Origin: Dickeya dadantii NCPPB 898
GTDB lineage: Bacteria > Pseudomonadota > Gammaproteobacteria > Enterobacterales > Enterobacteriaceae
DNA: 32,000 nt
Assembly: GCF_000406145.1 (NCBI RefSeq)
Contig: NZ_CM001976.1
Coordinates: 1,390,729-1,422,728, forward strand
Direction of reading: 5' to 3'
Part shown: positions 10,217 to 18,886 of the stretch, piece after piece
How the letters are laid out: each line of letters opens with the position of its first letter
How positions within the stretch are numbered: the stretch's first letter is position 1
Notes under the pieces: generated by a model
Seen by the model: only the letters and a program-made list of their open reading frames with translations
Databases searched by the model: none
Told to the model about the DNA's origin: nothing
Program-made: the position numbers and the translations under genes

Positions 10217-10381
10217 ATGAGAAACGTAGTCAAAATGGTCGGTTTACTGGCATTGATCGCCACCCTAAGCGGTTGCATTTTCCCTCCGCCGTGGGGAGGC
10301 CCGGGCGGCGGTCATGGCGGCCCCGGCGGCGGGCCGGGCGGCTTCCATTACCAGCCCGCGAACGGGTCGGGTCATCCCTGA
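10217..10381 (+). CDS. Small Gly/Pro-rich lipoprotein (54 aa; below the ORF-track size cut-off)
   Basis: My translation: MRNVVKMVGLLALIATLSGCIFPPPWGGPGGGHGGPGGGPGGFHYQPANGSGHP. SD gaggtg lies at 10207-10212 and there is a lipobox (LSGC). Confidence 0.7.
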   Translation: MRNVVKMVGLLALIATLSGCIFPPPWGGPGGGHGGPGGGPGGFHYQPANGSGHP

Positions 10382-10726
10382 TGCATAACGCGGCCGGCCC
10401 TCCCCCTGTGGGCTGGCCGCAGTGCTCTTATCCACGCAGGTTTTTCATCTCGCCATTTTCCCCTTCTCGTGTTCTCTTCCTCTCCCCCCGGCAGAGCCCG
10501 AACGCCGCACTTATTCCGTACGCTCCGGTTTATCCGCTGCGCCAGTTACGTCTGTGGGATAGGTTGTTAATAAAATCTGTATGTTACTGAAGTGATTTGA
10601 GCTGGAATTTGGAATAATGACAGCGTGCTCTCCGTCATAAAGATGAGGGCGAGGACTATGAAATGGACCGAATAACGCAGCCAGACTGGTGGCTTGACGC
10701 GTGACGGATATAAGAAGGAGAGTGGC

Positions 10727-11791
10727 ATGTATTCAACACTCGTTGCTGCGCCAGCTGACGGCGATCGTCGTCGCTCCGGCCTGGCGTTTGCCAGACGCGT
10801 TTATACCCCCCGTATTATTGGTCTGGGGTTGGGATTTTTTTGTGTTTCCGCCGTGCTGTATGGCCAGACACAACCTGTGTGGGTGTGGGGAGCATTGTTT
10901 TTCAACGGTTTTCTTTGGCCGCACCTGGCGCTGTGGCTGACGCGGCGCGCCGGCGATCCGATGCGGTTCGAGTATGGTAATCTGCGGTTTGATGCCTGGC
11001 TGGGCGGCGTCTGGATTGGCATGATGGGGCTGAATTCACTGCCGTCGGTGCTGATCGTGTCGATGATGGGCATGAACAATATCGCCGGCGGCGGCCTGCG
11101 GTTGTTTGTGCAAGGGCTGGTGGCGCAATTGGTCGGGGCGCTGGCCGTTATCTGGCTGACTCACCGATCGATTGCGTTTGCCACTACGCCCGAGCAGATC
11201 TATTTCTGTCTGCCGATGCTATTTATCTATCCCATCTCGGTGGGGTTGGTCACCTATCGCACCGCGATCAAGCTGGCGGATCACAAGCGTCAACTGCGGG
11301 AAATCAGTATCCACGACGGTATGACCCGGTTGTACAACCGGCATTATTGGGAGCAGTTGCTGAAACATGAGTTTGAGCTGTGCCTGCGCCACCAGCAGGT
11401 AGCGACGCTGGCGTTGCTGGATATCGATCATTTCAAGCGCATCAACGACAGCTTCGGGCATCACGTGGGGGATGATGTGATTCTCTTGCTAAGCGGCGGC
11501 ATCAAATCAACGTTGCGGCAGTCCGACATCACCGGTCGTTTTGGCGGCGACGAATTCGGCATGGTGTTGCCACAAACGCCGGCCGTTGAAGCAGAACGTA
11601 TCGTCCAGCGGCTACGCGAGTATCTGGAAAGCATACAACTGCATCAGGCGCCGGCGCTGCGGGTGGGGATCAGCGTCGGGCTGGTGCAGTTTCATGCCGG
11701 CATGGAGGATTATCAGGTCTGGCTGAAAGCCGCGGATACCGCGCTGTATCAGGCCAAAGACAATGGTCGCGGTTGCACGGTCTGCGCCTGA
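10727..11791 (+). CDS. dgcC: Diguanylate cyclase, MASE2 membrane domain + GGDEF (AdrA/DgcC-like)
   Basis: RSGLAFARRV...WPHLA... membrane region followed by DGMTRLYNRHYWE and the RFGGDEFGMVL active site. Collinear with E. coli AdrA. SD aaggagag precedes ATG 10727; the track start at 10694 is a TTG. Confidence 0.85.
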   Translation: MYSTLVAAPADGDRRRSGLAFARRVYTPRIIGLGLGFFCVSAVLYGQTQPVWVWGALFFNGFLWPHLALWLTRRAGDPMRFEYGNLRFDAWLGGVWIGMMGLNSLPSVLIVSMMGMNNIAGGGLRLFVQGLVAQLVGALAVIWLTHRSIAFATTPEQIYFCLPMLFIYPISVGLVTYRTAIKLADHKRQLREISIHDGMTRLYNRHYWEQLLKHEFELCLRHQQVATLALLDIDHFKRINDSFGHHVGDDVILLLSGGIKSTLRQSDITGRFGGDEFGMVLPQTPAVEAERIVQRLREYLESIQLHQAPALRVGISVGLVQFHAGMEDYQVWLKAADTALYQAKDNGRGCTVCA

Positions 11792-11844
11792 ACGGTTTCG
11801 TCGCTAACGCGCCATAACCATAACCATAAGCTAAAGCGCCATAG

Positions 11845-12741
11845 CTAAAGCGCCATAAATAGCGCCGGGTTGACCGCCTGGCGGCGCGCTTTTTCCAGAT
11901 GCGTGCGCATGAAATCAGCGGCGCTCAGCCGATCGCCCAACTCCAGGTAGCGAATGATTTGCAGATGCTCTTCCGCCTGATGTTTCCGCTGCGGGCGAAA
12001 TCTCTCCTTGCGGTACTCCACCAGCCGCCGCAGCCGGGCCAGATGGCGGACGGTTTGCAGCAGAAAGCGATTGCCGGAGCAGACGGCCAGCGTGTCGTGG
12101 AACCCGGAACTGGTATCAAACATCTCCATTGCCGTCATGGTCAGGTAACCGTCTTCGGCCAGGTGTTCCTGCTGTTTCCGGCAGCGTGCCAGCACCTGCG
12201 GGTCAATATGAAACGTTGCCGACAGCAGCCCGGCCGGTTCGATAATGGCGCGCAGCGCGTAGCTTTCTTCATAGGCTTCTACCGAATCGATCAGCGGCAG
12301 CGTGCGCCAGCCCTGACCGGCCATGTGTTCCAGCCAGCCTTCCTGCTGACAGCGCAGCAAGACTTTGCGCAGCACCGGGCGGGTAACGCCGAATTCGAGC
12401 ATCAGCTCCATTTCTGAAAATTGTTCCGGCAACTGGCGGGTGATGCGGCGTTCCGCCAACTGGCGATAGAGCGGGTCTTCCGCCTGCTCCAGCACTTCGG
12501 CGACCAGATTGCCCAGTTGCGAAGCGTGCTGCGCCAGAAAAAAACCGCGATTGCGGTCATAGGTCACCATGCCTTTGTCCATCAGGTATTGCATCGCCTG
12601 TTTTACCGGCGTGCGCGACGTGCTGAGCGCCTGCGCCAGCGCCGACTCGACCAGATGATGGCCCACCGCGAGTTGCTCGCGCCTGACGTAACTGATGACA
12701 TCGCGCACGATGCGCGCCTGCAACGGGGTGAGGGTCGTCAT
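11845..12741 (-). CDS. GntR-family transcriptional regulator, apparently two wHTH segments plus an FCD-like C-domain
   Basis: HTH-like segments are ...ESALAQALSTSRTPVKQAMQYLMDKGMV... and ...EMELMLEFGVTRPVLRKVLLRCQQEGWLE... An all-helical C-terminal half carries His residues typical of FCD domains. Confidence 0.75.
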   Translation of the reverse strand: MTTLTPLQARIVRDVISYVRREQLAVGHHLVESALAQALSTSRTPVKQAMQYLMDKGMVTYDRNRGFFLAQHASQLGNLVAEVLEQAEDPLYRQLAERRITRQLPEQFSEMELMLEFGVTRPVLRKVLLRCQQEGWLEHMAGQGWRTLPLIDSVEAYEESYALRAIIEPAGLLSATFHIDPQVLARCRKQQEHLAEDGYLTMTAMEMFDTSSGFHDTLAVCSGNRFLLQTVRHLARLRRLVEYRKERFRPQRKHQAEEHLQIIRYLELGDRLSAADFMRTHLEKARRQAVNPALFMAL

Positions 12742-12862
12742 GATTCCTTGCCAGCCAGAATAAATAGCCGCTGATTATACCTGTTACCGACCGGGCTGGC
12801 AGTGATGCCGGGCAATTGTTCTTTATTTTATTAAAAGACACTCTGTGGGGGGATTAGGTTGA

Positions 12863-12877
12863 TCTGTTCACAACAGA
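12863..12877. promoter_or_regulatory. Perfect 15-bp palindrome in the GntR / hypothetical-gene divergent intergenic region (candidate operator)
   Basis: tctgtt-cac-aacaga has GT...AC half-sites in the style of GntR-family operators. Confidence 0.3.
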
Positions 12878-12919
12878 AACAGGACACCTATTTCATAAAT
12901 TGTATTTTTTGATAATAAA

Positions 12920-13432
12920 ATGCAATATGATGATATCTCAAACCTCCAGCAGAGCACAAAGAGACTGTCTGTGACGCCATCAGCACACCCCTTACTGATT
13001 ACCGGTCATCCTTTTGAATGGCTGACGATTCCCGGCCTGGATCGAATAGCCTGTACTTTTATTCGTCATCAGCCCCCGCTGATACTGGTGTCGGCGGGAG
13101 CCTTGTCGCAATCCGGGCGGCTGGAGGAGGCAGTAAGCCTGCCGGCGTGGGAAACGATCCGCATTTTTGGCGCGGCGGCGCTGTCGCGGTATATCGGGGA
13201 CAATGCGCGGCATAGCCAACTGGTGGTGATTGACCGCCTGTCATGTGGATCGCCCTGTGCGCTGGGGTTTGCCATACTTGATTGCCAAGGTTGGCAGCGT
13301 CACGTCGCCGCATCGACCGAACAGGTTATCAGGCAGGCGGCGCTGCAACCTGACACGATCGCCTGCGATCATCTTCCCGCCGGCGTGAACGCGGCGTTTT
13401 CATTGATGCACCGCCATCAGCCGCACGGTTGA
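12920..13432 (+). CDS. Hypothetical protein (170 aa), no family recognised
   Basis: Long ORF with coding-like composition, divergent from the GntR gene and upstream of the SDR gene. No obvious SD; the start is uncertain. Confidence 0.5.
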   Translation: MQYDDISNLQQSTKRLSVTPSAHPLLITGHPFEWLTIPGLDRIACTFIRHQPPLILVSAGALSQSGRLEEAVSLPAWETIRIFGAAALSRYIGDNARHSQLVVIDRLSCGSPCALGFAILDCQGWQRHVAASTEQVIRQAALQPDTIACDHLPAGVNAAFSLMHRHQPHG

Positions 13433-13601
13433 GCAATCAGGCAGCCTGCGCCATAACGCATCGGTGCCAGAAAAACTGTTGGTAAAAATGGAATAATCAT
13501 ATCCATTTGTCCGCCTTTATCTCATACCGGTATCCGGGCAGGATCTTGCACGACAGGCTGTGGCCGCTGCGCCGTGTTAACGTCACGGCAGGCCCGGTCG
13601 T

Positions 13602-13652
13602 TTTCATCCCGGAACAAATTTCATCCCAGAACAAATTTCATCCCGGAAAACA
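13602..13652. repeat. Tandem repeat 17 bp x 3 immediately upstream of the SDR gene's SD
   Basis: tttcatcccggaacaaa | tttcatcccagaacaaa | tttcatcccggaaaaca, then ggagagcgtATG. Confidence 0.9.
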
Positions 13653-13661
13653 GGAGAGCGT

Positions 13662-14423
13662 ATGCAGCAGCACAACCAACAAGACGCCGCACAGGATGCC
13701 CGCGTGGCGATAATCACCGGTGCCTCGCGGGGCATCGGCAAGGCGATTGCGCTGAAACTGGCGCGGCAGGGGTGGCGAGTGGTAGTGAATTATGCCCGGC
13801 AGCAGCAACAGGCGGGCGACGTGGTGAGCCGAATCCGCGAAGAGGGTGGGACCGCGCTAGCGATTCAGGCGCAGGTGGACGCGCCTGAACAGGTAGCGGC
13901 GCTGTTTCAGCAGACGAAAGCGCAATTCGGGCGTATCGACGCGGTGATCAATAGCGCCGGGGTGATGGCGAATACGCCGATTGCCGATGGCGATCTGGCG
14001 CAGTTCGACGCGATGATCGCGACCAATCTGCGCGGTGCGTTTATTGTGCTGGGCGAAGCGGCCCGGCAGGTGGAAAACGGCGGGCGAATCATCGCGCTGT
14101 CCACCAGCGTCATCGCCCGGTCGCTGCCCGGTTATGGTCCCTATATCGCTTCCAAGGCCGGGGTGGAGGGGTTGGTGCGAGTGCTGTCGAATGAACTGCG
14201 TGGCCGCGAGGTTACGGTGAACGCCGTGGCGCCGGGGCCGGTGGCGACCGAACTGTTTTTTAACGGTAAGACCGACGCGCAGGTAGCCGCCATTACGGCC
14301 ATGACGCCGCTGGAAAGGCTGGGCGAACCGGACGATATCGCCAACGTGGTAGCGTTTCTGGTCGGGCCGGAAGGGGGCTGGATTAATGGTCAGGTGGTTC
14401 GCAGCAATGGCGGGTTTGCGTAA
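13662..14423 (+). CDS. Short-chain dehydrogenase/reductase (FabG-like)
   Basis: TGASRGIGKAIA cofactor motif, NSAG, catalytic YIASKAGVEG (YxxxK). SD aggaga. Confidence 0.9.
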   Translation: MQQHNQQDAAQDARVAIITGASRGIGKAIALKLARQGWRVVVNYARQQQQAGDVVSRIREEGGTALAIQAQVDAPEQVAALFQQTKAQFGRIDAVINSAGVMANTPIADGDLAQFDAMIATNLRGAFIVLGEAARQVENGGRIIALSTSVIARSLPGYGPYIASKAGVEGLVRVLSNELRGREVTVNAVAPGPVATELFFNGKTDAQVAAITAMTPLERLGEPDDIANVVAFLVGPEGGWINGQVVRSNGGFA

Positions 14424-14483
14424 TGGGTTTGCGTAATGGGTATACGTGCCGGGGAAGGTGGTTTTCCCCGGTGCCGGCGTGTG

Positions 14484-15434
14484 CTAGCTGGCGATACGAT
14501 GCAACGTATCGGATGAGGCGCTGTGACCCAGATTGTGCCTGATTTGGGTGTTGATGTCGTCGAGCAACTGGTAACGGCGCTGGTACTGGGCCCGTTTTTT
14601 GCTCGGCAATTCATCCAGCGTTTTGCGCGTAATCGTCAGCGGAAGTTGGTACAACCCCGCCGCGTTTCTGTCTGCGTTGACTGACAGCCAGAATTCGCTG
14701 TAACTGGAAAAACGCACCTTATTTTTACGGTAGCAGTAGCGCAGGCTCTGATAAACATGGTTTTCATCGCCCACCGCCAGAATGCGATTGATTCCGGTAA
14801 GACCGGCGAGGGTCAGCAGGCATTCCAGCAACAGGCGTTTGGGAAACAGCCCGAAGCAGGCTTTCGACGCATCTTTGGTTAGCTCACGGGTCTGGTCGCG
14901 GCCTTTGCCCTGCAAACCACCAATCATGATGGTGGGTTGATTGTGGTCGCGTATCACCGAGAATGTCAGCGACGCCAGCACCACATTGTTAAAGCGGATA
15001 CGCAGCGTGGCCTCGCCCTCTTTGTCGTAACGCGAGGTGCTGCAAATCAGCGAAAAACTTTCGCCGTTCTTGCCGGAAAAACGCGCCAGACAATAGTCAT
15101 CCAGGCTGAGAAACGCCTGTTTCAGAAACGGGTTGGCCAACTGATCCACGAAGGTGTAATGGGTACAAATAGCGTCAGCGCGCTCGGCGGCGTGCAGCGT
15201 GGCGGACAGATAAGGGCGGTGAATCTTGGTCGGCAGCATCGGCCGAATTTTCACCGCTTTCTGCATCGCGGGAATCTCAATAATATTATTCAGATAGCGT
15301 AAGGTAATTGACGGCATCAATAATGAACGCAATAAAAACTTGGCTTTTATATCGGCCTTGCGCCAGATCTTTTCAGAGAAAAAATCGCCTTTTAGCAGTT
15401 GATAAAAAAGCGACAGTGCAGATGTTTTTTCCAT
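14484..15434 (-). CDS. VirK/YbjX-family protein (DUF535)
   Basis: KFLLRSLL...KIHRPYL...LTFSV...IGGLQG...FPKRLLLE... is collinear with E. coli YbjX / Salmonella VirK. ATG 15434 (MEKTSAL) is preferred over the TTG at 15545. Confidence 0.8.
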   Translation of the reverse strand: MEKTSALSLFYQLLKGDFFSEKIWRKADIKAKFLLRSLLMPSITLRYLNNIIEIPAMQKAVKIRPMLPTKIHRPYLSATLHAAERADAICTHYTFVDQLANPFLKQAFLSLDDYCLARFSGKNGESFSLICSTSRYDKEGEATLRIRFNNVVLASLTFSVIRDHNQPTIMIGGLQGKGRDQTRELTKDASKACFGLFPKRLLLECLLTLAGLTGINRILAVGDENHVYQSLRYCYRKNKVRFSSYSEFWLSVNADRNAAGLYQLPLTITRKTLDELPSKKRAQYQRRYQLLDDINTQIRHNLGHSASSDTLHRIAS

Positions 15435-15761
15435 TTTAATGCCCTGTGAGATAGTGCTGTAAAAATAATCACAGGGGAGCGGATGCCGGTAATGATCTAT
15501 TCCCGTAAAACGCCTGCTCGGAAACCCTGCCGCACAGAAAGGCAAGGCGGTTTTTATCTCTGACCTCGCGTTTGCTGTTGCCGGGGATTATAAATATGGC
15601 TAGAAAAAGAAAAATCATAACCCCCATGCTGTTGAGCATTGATTTAGCGAAAATAATAAATACCGGATTATCGCAGGTCTGTTTGGGGTTGATTTAAACT
15701 TAATGGCTGGGAGAGGCGTATAATAAGAGATCGCATGGCTGAAATGCCTCAGTCTCTCAGG

Positions 15762-15795
15762 ACGGTTACCCTATACATACGGTTACCCTATACAT
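15762..15795. repeat. Tandem repeat 17 bp x 2
   Basis: acggttaccctatacat | acggttaccctatacat in the virK / DUF1471 intergenic region. Confidence 0.9.
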
Positions 15796-15910
15796 ATAGA
15801 GAATTTGCGCCGGCGGTAACCGGTGGACTCCGGCGTCAGTAAACAGGCCGGCAGATGTACCCACCGGCCTGGCCGTTACTTAATCTGATGGTTTTCTTTC
15901 CAGAGAACGC

Positions 15911-16171
15911 TTATTTATAAACAATCGCGCTGGAGCGCACCAGATCGTCGTTATCCATAGAGATAATGACAAAATATTTTCCGCCCAGTTCATCTGCGGC
16001 TTGTGATAATTCGCGGGCCGCGTCCATCGGCGAATCGGTATTACTTGACGTAATCATCCCAATTTTTTGATAGTTATCCGCTTGCTCACGATTTATTTCC
16101 TGCGCCGCCAGCGTGCTGAAAGACGCCAGTGTAATAGCACACGCCGCGATGCTTTTGATTATCATGTTCAT
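15911..16171 (-). CDS. DUF1471 (YdgH/BhsA/McbA-family) periplasmic stress protein
   Basis: MNMIIKSIAACAITLASFSTLAAQE signal peptide. ...ELGGKYFVIISMD...SSAIVYK tail matches the BhsA-family ...AVIYK end. SD ggag precedes ATG 16171. Confidence 0.8.
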   Translation of the reverse strand: MNMIIKSIAACAITLASFSTLAAQEINREQADNYQKIGMITSSNTDSPMDAARELSQAADELGGKYFVIISMDNDDLVRSSAIVYK

Positions 16172-16188
16172 TATGCTAACTCCATCTT

Positions 16189-16499
16189 TATACCCGTCAT
16201 ACTTCAAGTTGCCGGTGTGTTGGCTTTATTACTCGGCCCATCGATGGGCCTCGCCCCTTCGGGGCCGCTGCCAGCAGCGTTCAAATCGGCTTGCGCCGAT
16301 TTGCCGCTCACCCCAGTCACTTACTTATGTAAGCTCCTGGGGATTAAATGAGAGACATCCTGTCTCTCACCGGAGGCCAGCCGTTGGCTGGTCAAATTAA
16401 TTCGTTCCCAACGAATTTGTCACTCGGTTGCCGCGTTACAAGGCTCATTATGAGCCTTGTTCTAAAGGGTCAACGCAACTCGAATTATTTGGGGTAGAG
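16189..16499 (-). repeat. ERIC/IRU element expanded to 311 bp by three internal insertions
   Basis: ERIC termini and core (cgctcaccccagtcacttacttatgtaagctcctggggatt) are collinear with the copy at 26743-26869. They are interrupted at about 16225-16303, 16345-16419 and 16436-16469. Confidence 0.8.
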
Positions 16500-16898
16500 T
16501 TAAGGTGTTTATATTTATCTCAACAGAATTACGTGCCGTGGAAAAAGAATGATGACTGTTTCTCTGTTGAGTGTACTCATCATAGGTGGTCGTGAAGGGT
16601 AATTTTGTCAATTGATGCCATTTTAATTTCAATGCTGTTAATGATGACGAGAAATAATATTTTTTCGTTATGAATTGAAATTTCAATCGATTGATTTTCA
16701 TTAACAAGTTAAATAGCAAGAGTAATCGCTGACGGCATTGTTCCATAATAATGAAAACTGAATTTGAAAACCGTAGCCGATCTTTTTACGTACCCGCCTG
16801 ATTTTTCCGCCAGACGCGTCAGTATCACAGCGTTGTCCCTGTTAAGTGTAATGGTTTAGTAATGCTGTTGTTGCGAATGTGTCTTGTTTTCACTTTTT

Positions 16899-16917
16899 CG
16901 TAATGATAATAATTATT
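16899..16917. promoter_or_regulatory. Fur box upstream of hmuS
   Basis: cgtaatgataataattatt matches 15/19 positions of GATAATGATAATCATTATC, 72 bp upstream of the hmuS ATG in an AT-rich region. Confidence 0.7.
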
Positions 16918-16988
16918 ATTAACTTTTGTGGTATTTCACACATCAATACCGTAGCCAGCGGACGGCGCTGTCGAGGGAGCTTTGGCAT

Positions 16989-18020
16989 ATGCATCACCAC
17001 TACACACACTATCTGCAACTAAAAGTTGAGCACCCGCGCAAATACGCTCGGGATGTGGCCCGCATGATGGGGCTGAGCGAAGCGGCGCTGACATCGCTGC
17101 GCGTCGGGCATGACGCCCGCCGCCTGTCAGGCGACATGCGTGCGCTGCTGGCCGGGCTGGAATTCGTCGGCGAAACCAAGTCCATCACCCGCAATGAATT
17201 TGCGGTGCATGAGCAGGTTGGGGTTTACCGTAACCAGCGTATCGGCGAACACGTCGGCCTGGTGCTCAACCCGCGCGGGCTGGACCTGCGCCTGTTTCCC
17301 GAGCAGTGGGACAGCGCGTTTGCGCTGACGGAACAGACCGCGCGCGGCGAGCGCCACAGCGTTCAGTTTTTTGATCGTCACGGCGACGCGGTACTCAAGG
17401 TCTATGCCACCGACAACACCGAACTGACGGTCTGGCAGGTGTTGATCGCGCGCTTCACGCTGACGGATAACCCGCCGCTGGCGCTACAGCCGGCGCCGAG
17501 CGATACGCCGGCAGTGACGCCGGATGCCGCTCTGCTTGAACAGGAGTGGCGGGCGATGACCGATGTGCATCAATTCTTCCCGCTGCTTAAACGGCACCAG
17601 ATCACGCGCCCGCAGGCGTTTCGCGCGGTGAGCGACGATCTGGCCTGTCAGGTGGACAACCAGGCGCTGGGGACGTTGCTGCGTGCCGCCCAGCAGGCGG
17701 GTAACGAGATCATGATTTTTGTCGGCAACCGCGGTTGCGTACAGATTTTCACCGGCGTGATCGAAAAGGTGGCGCCGATGGAGAGCTGGCTGAATGTGTT
17801 CAACCGTGACTTCACGCTGCACCTGGTGGAAGACGCCATTACTGAAAGCTGGGTTACCCGTAAACCGACTAAAGACGGCATGGTCACCAGTCTGGAACTG
17901 TTCGCCGCCGACGGCACGCCGATCGCCCAGCTGTTTGGTCAGCGCTCGGAGGGGGAACCGGAGCAGGCGTGCTGGCGCGAGCAGGTGATGTCGCTGGTGA
18001 CGCCGGAGGCCGCGGCATGA
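16989..18020 (+). CDS. hmuS: Hemin-degrading/transport protein HmuS (HemS/ChuS family)
   Basis: [22 protein letters not shown]...EFAVHEQVG...[18 protein letters not shown]... is collinear with ChuS/HemS. The track start at 16926 is a TTG extension. Confidence 0.92.
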   Translation: MHHHYTHYLQLKVEHPRKYARDVARMMGLSEAALTSLRVGHDARRLSGDMRALLAGLEFVGETKSITRNEFAVHEQVGVYRNQRIGEHVGLVLNPRGLDLRLFPEQWDSAFALTEQTARGERHSVQFFDRHGDAVLKVYATDNTELTVWQVLIARFTLTDNPPLALQPAPSDTPAVTPDAALLEQEWRAMTDVHQFFPLLKRHQITRPQAFRAVSDDLACQVDNQALGTLLRAAQQAGNEIMIFVGNRGCVQIFTGVIEKVAPMESWLNVFNRDFTLHLVEDAITESWVTRKPTKDGMVTSLELFAADGTPIAQLFGQRSEGEPEQACWREQVMSLVTPEAAA

Positions 18021-18886
18021 GAGCGCTATGTCTGATGTTGCTGTGGCTGCCGCTGTCGCTGCTGGCCGCCGAGCGGGTGGTGGCTATTGATCGGATAGTG
18101 GCCAATGATCGGATAGTGACCAATGATCGGATAGTGACCATTGGCGGCGATGTCACACAGATTGTCTTTGCATTGCAGGCGGGCGATCGGGTGGTGGCGC
18201 GCGACAGCACCAGTTTGCATCCCGAGGCGGTGACCGCGTTGCCGAATGTCGGTTACATGCGGCAGCTAAATGCAGAAGGCATTTTGTCGATGCGGCCGAC
18301 GCTGGTGCTGGCGAGCGCGCTGGCGCAGCCGTCCACGGTGCTGGATCAGGTGGCCAGCCGGGGCGTGCGCGTGGTGACGGTGCCGGAGCCGCAAACGGTC
18401 GACGGCATTAGCGCCAAGATTCAGGCGATCGCCGGCGCGCTGGACGTCGCGCCGCGCGGCGAGGCGCTGGTGCAACAGGTGAAACAGCAACTGGCGGCGG
18501 TGCCGCCGCAACCGGCATCGGGCCGCATGTTGTTCATCCTCAGTCATAGCGGCATGGGCGCGATGGCGGCCGGGCAGAGTACCGCGGCGGACGCGGCGTT
18601 TCGCGCCGCCGGATTACAGAACGCGATGCAGGGATTCAACCGTTATCAACCTTTGTCGCAGGAAGGCGTGGTGGCAAGCCAGCCGGACTGGGTGGTGATC
18701 ACTAGCGATGGCGCTAAATCTCTGGGCGGCGACGCGGCAATCTGGCAACTGCCGGGGCTGGCGTTGACGCCGGCAGGAAAGCACAAACGGTTGCTGGTGG
18801 TGGACGACATGGCGCTGCTGGGCTTCGGTCTGGATACGCCTGCGGCGCTGTTGCGCCTGCGTCAGGCGGTGGATGCGGCGAAGTGA
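18017..18886 (+). CDS. hmuT: Periplasmic hemin-binding protein HmuT
   Basis: ATGA overlap with hmuS. Signal peptide [18 protein letters not shown]. ...[11 protein letters not shown]...[21 protein letters not shown]...[17 protein letters not shown] is HmuT/HemT-like. Confidence 0.9.
   Translation: MRALCLMLLWLPLSLLAAERVVAIDRIVANDRIVTNDRIVTIGGDVTQIVFALQAGDRVVARDSTSLHPEAVTALPNVGYMRQLNAEGILSMRPTLVLASALAQPSTVLDQVASRGVRVVTVPEPQTVDGISAKIQAIAGALDVAPRGEALVQQVKQQLAAVPPQPASGRMLFILSHSGMGAMAAGQSTAADAAFRAAGLQNAMQGFNRYQPLSQEGVVASQPDWVVITSDGAKSLGGDAAIWQLPGLALTPAGKHKRLLVVDDMALLGFGLDTPAALLRLRQAVDAAK
18072..18143 (+). repeat. In-frame 18-bp tandem repeat (about 3-4 copies) inside hmuT
   Basis: attgatcggatagtggcc | aatgatcggatagtgacc | aatgatcggatagtgacc encodes [18 protein letters not shown], flanked by related ERVVA and IGGDVT units. 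Confidence 0.9.

Noticed and set aside
10153-10590. 145-aa ORF spanning the small-lipoprotein region.
   Set aside because: It is Arg/Pro-rich, has no SD, and overlaps out of frame a much better small lipoprotein ORF (10217-10381).
15596-15697. 33-aa ORF MARKRKIITPMLLSIDLAKIINTGLSQVCLGLI with an SD-like gggga, in the virK upstream region (considered as a type I toxin-like peptide).
   Set aside because: There is no supporting antisense-RNA structure, repeat context or conservation evidence visible, and the composition is not clearly transmembrane.
16462-16746. 94-aa minus-strand ORF in the AT-rich region upstream of hmuS.
   Set aside because: It has a low-complexity AT-driven composition (K/L/F/T/N-rich), its 3' end runs into the ERIC terminus, and there is no SD. 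It is most likely promoter or regulatory DNA. I also searched this region for hemP- and RyhB-like sequence and found none.
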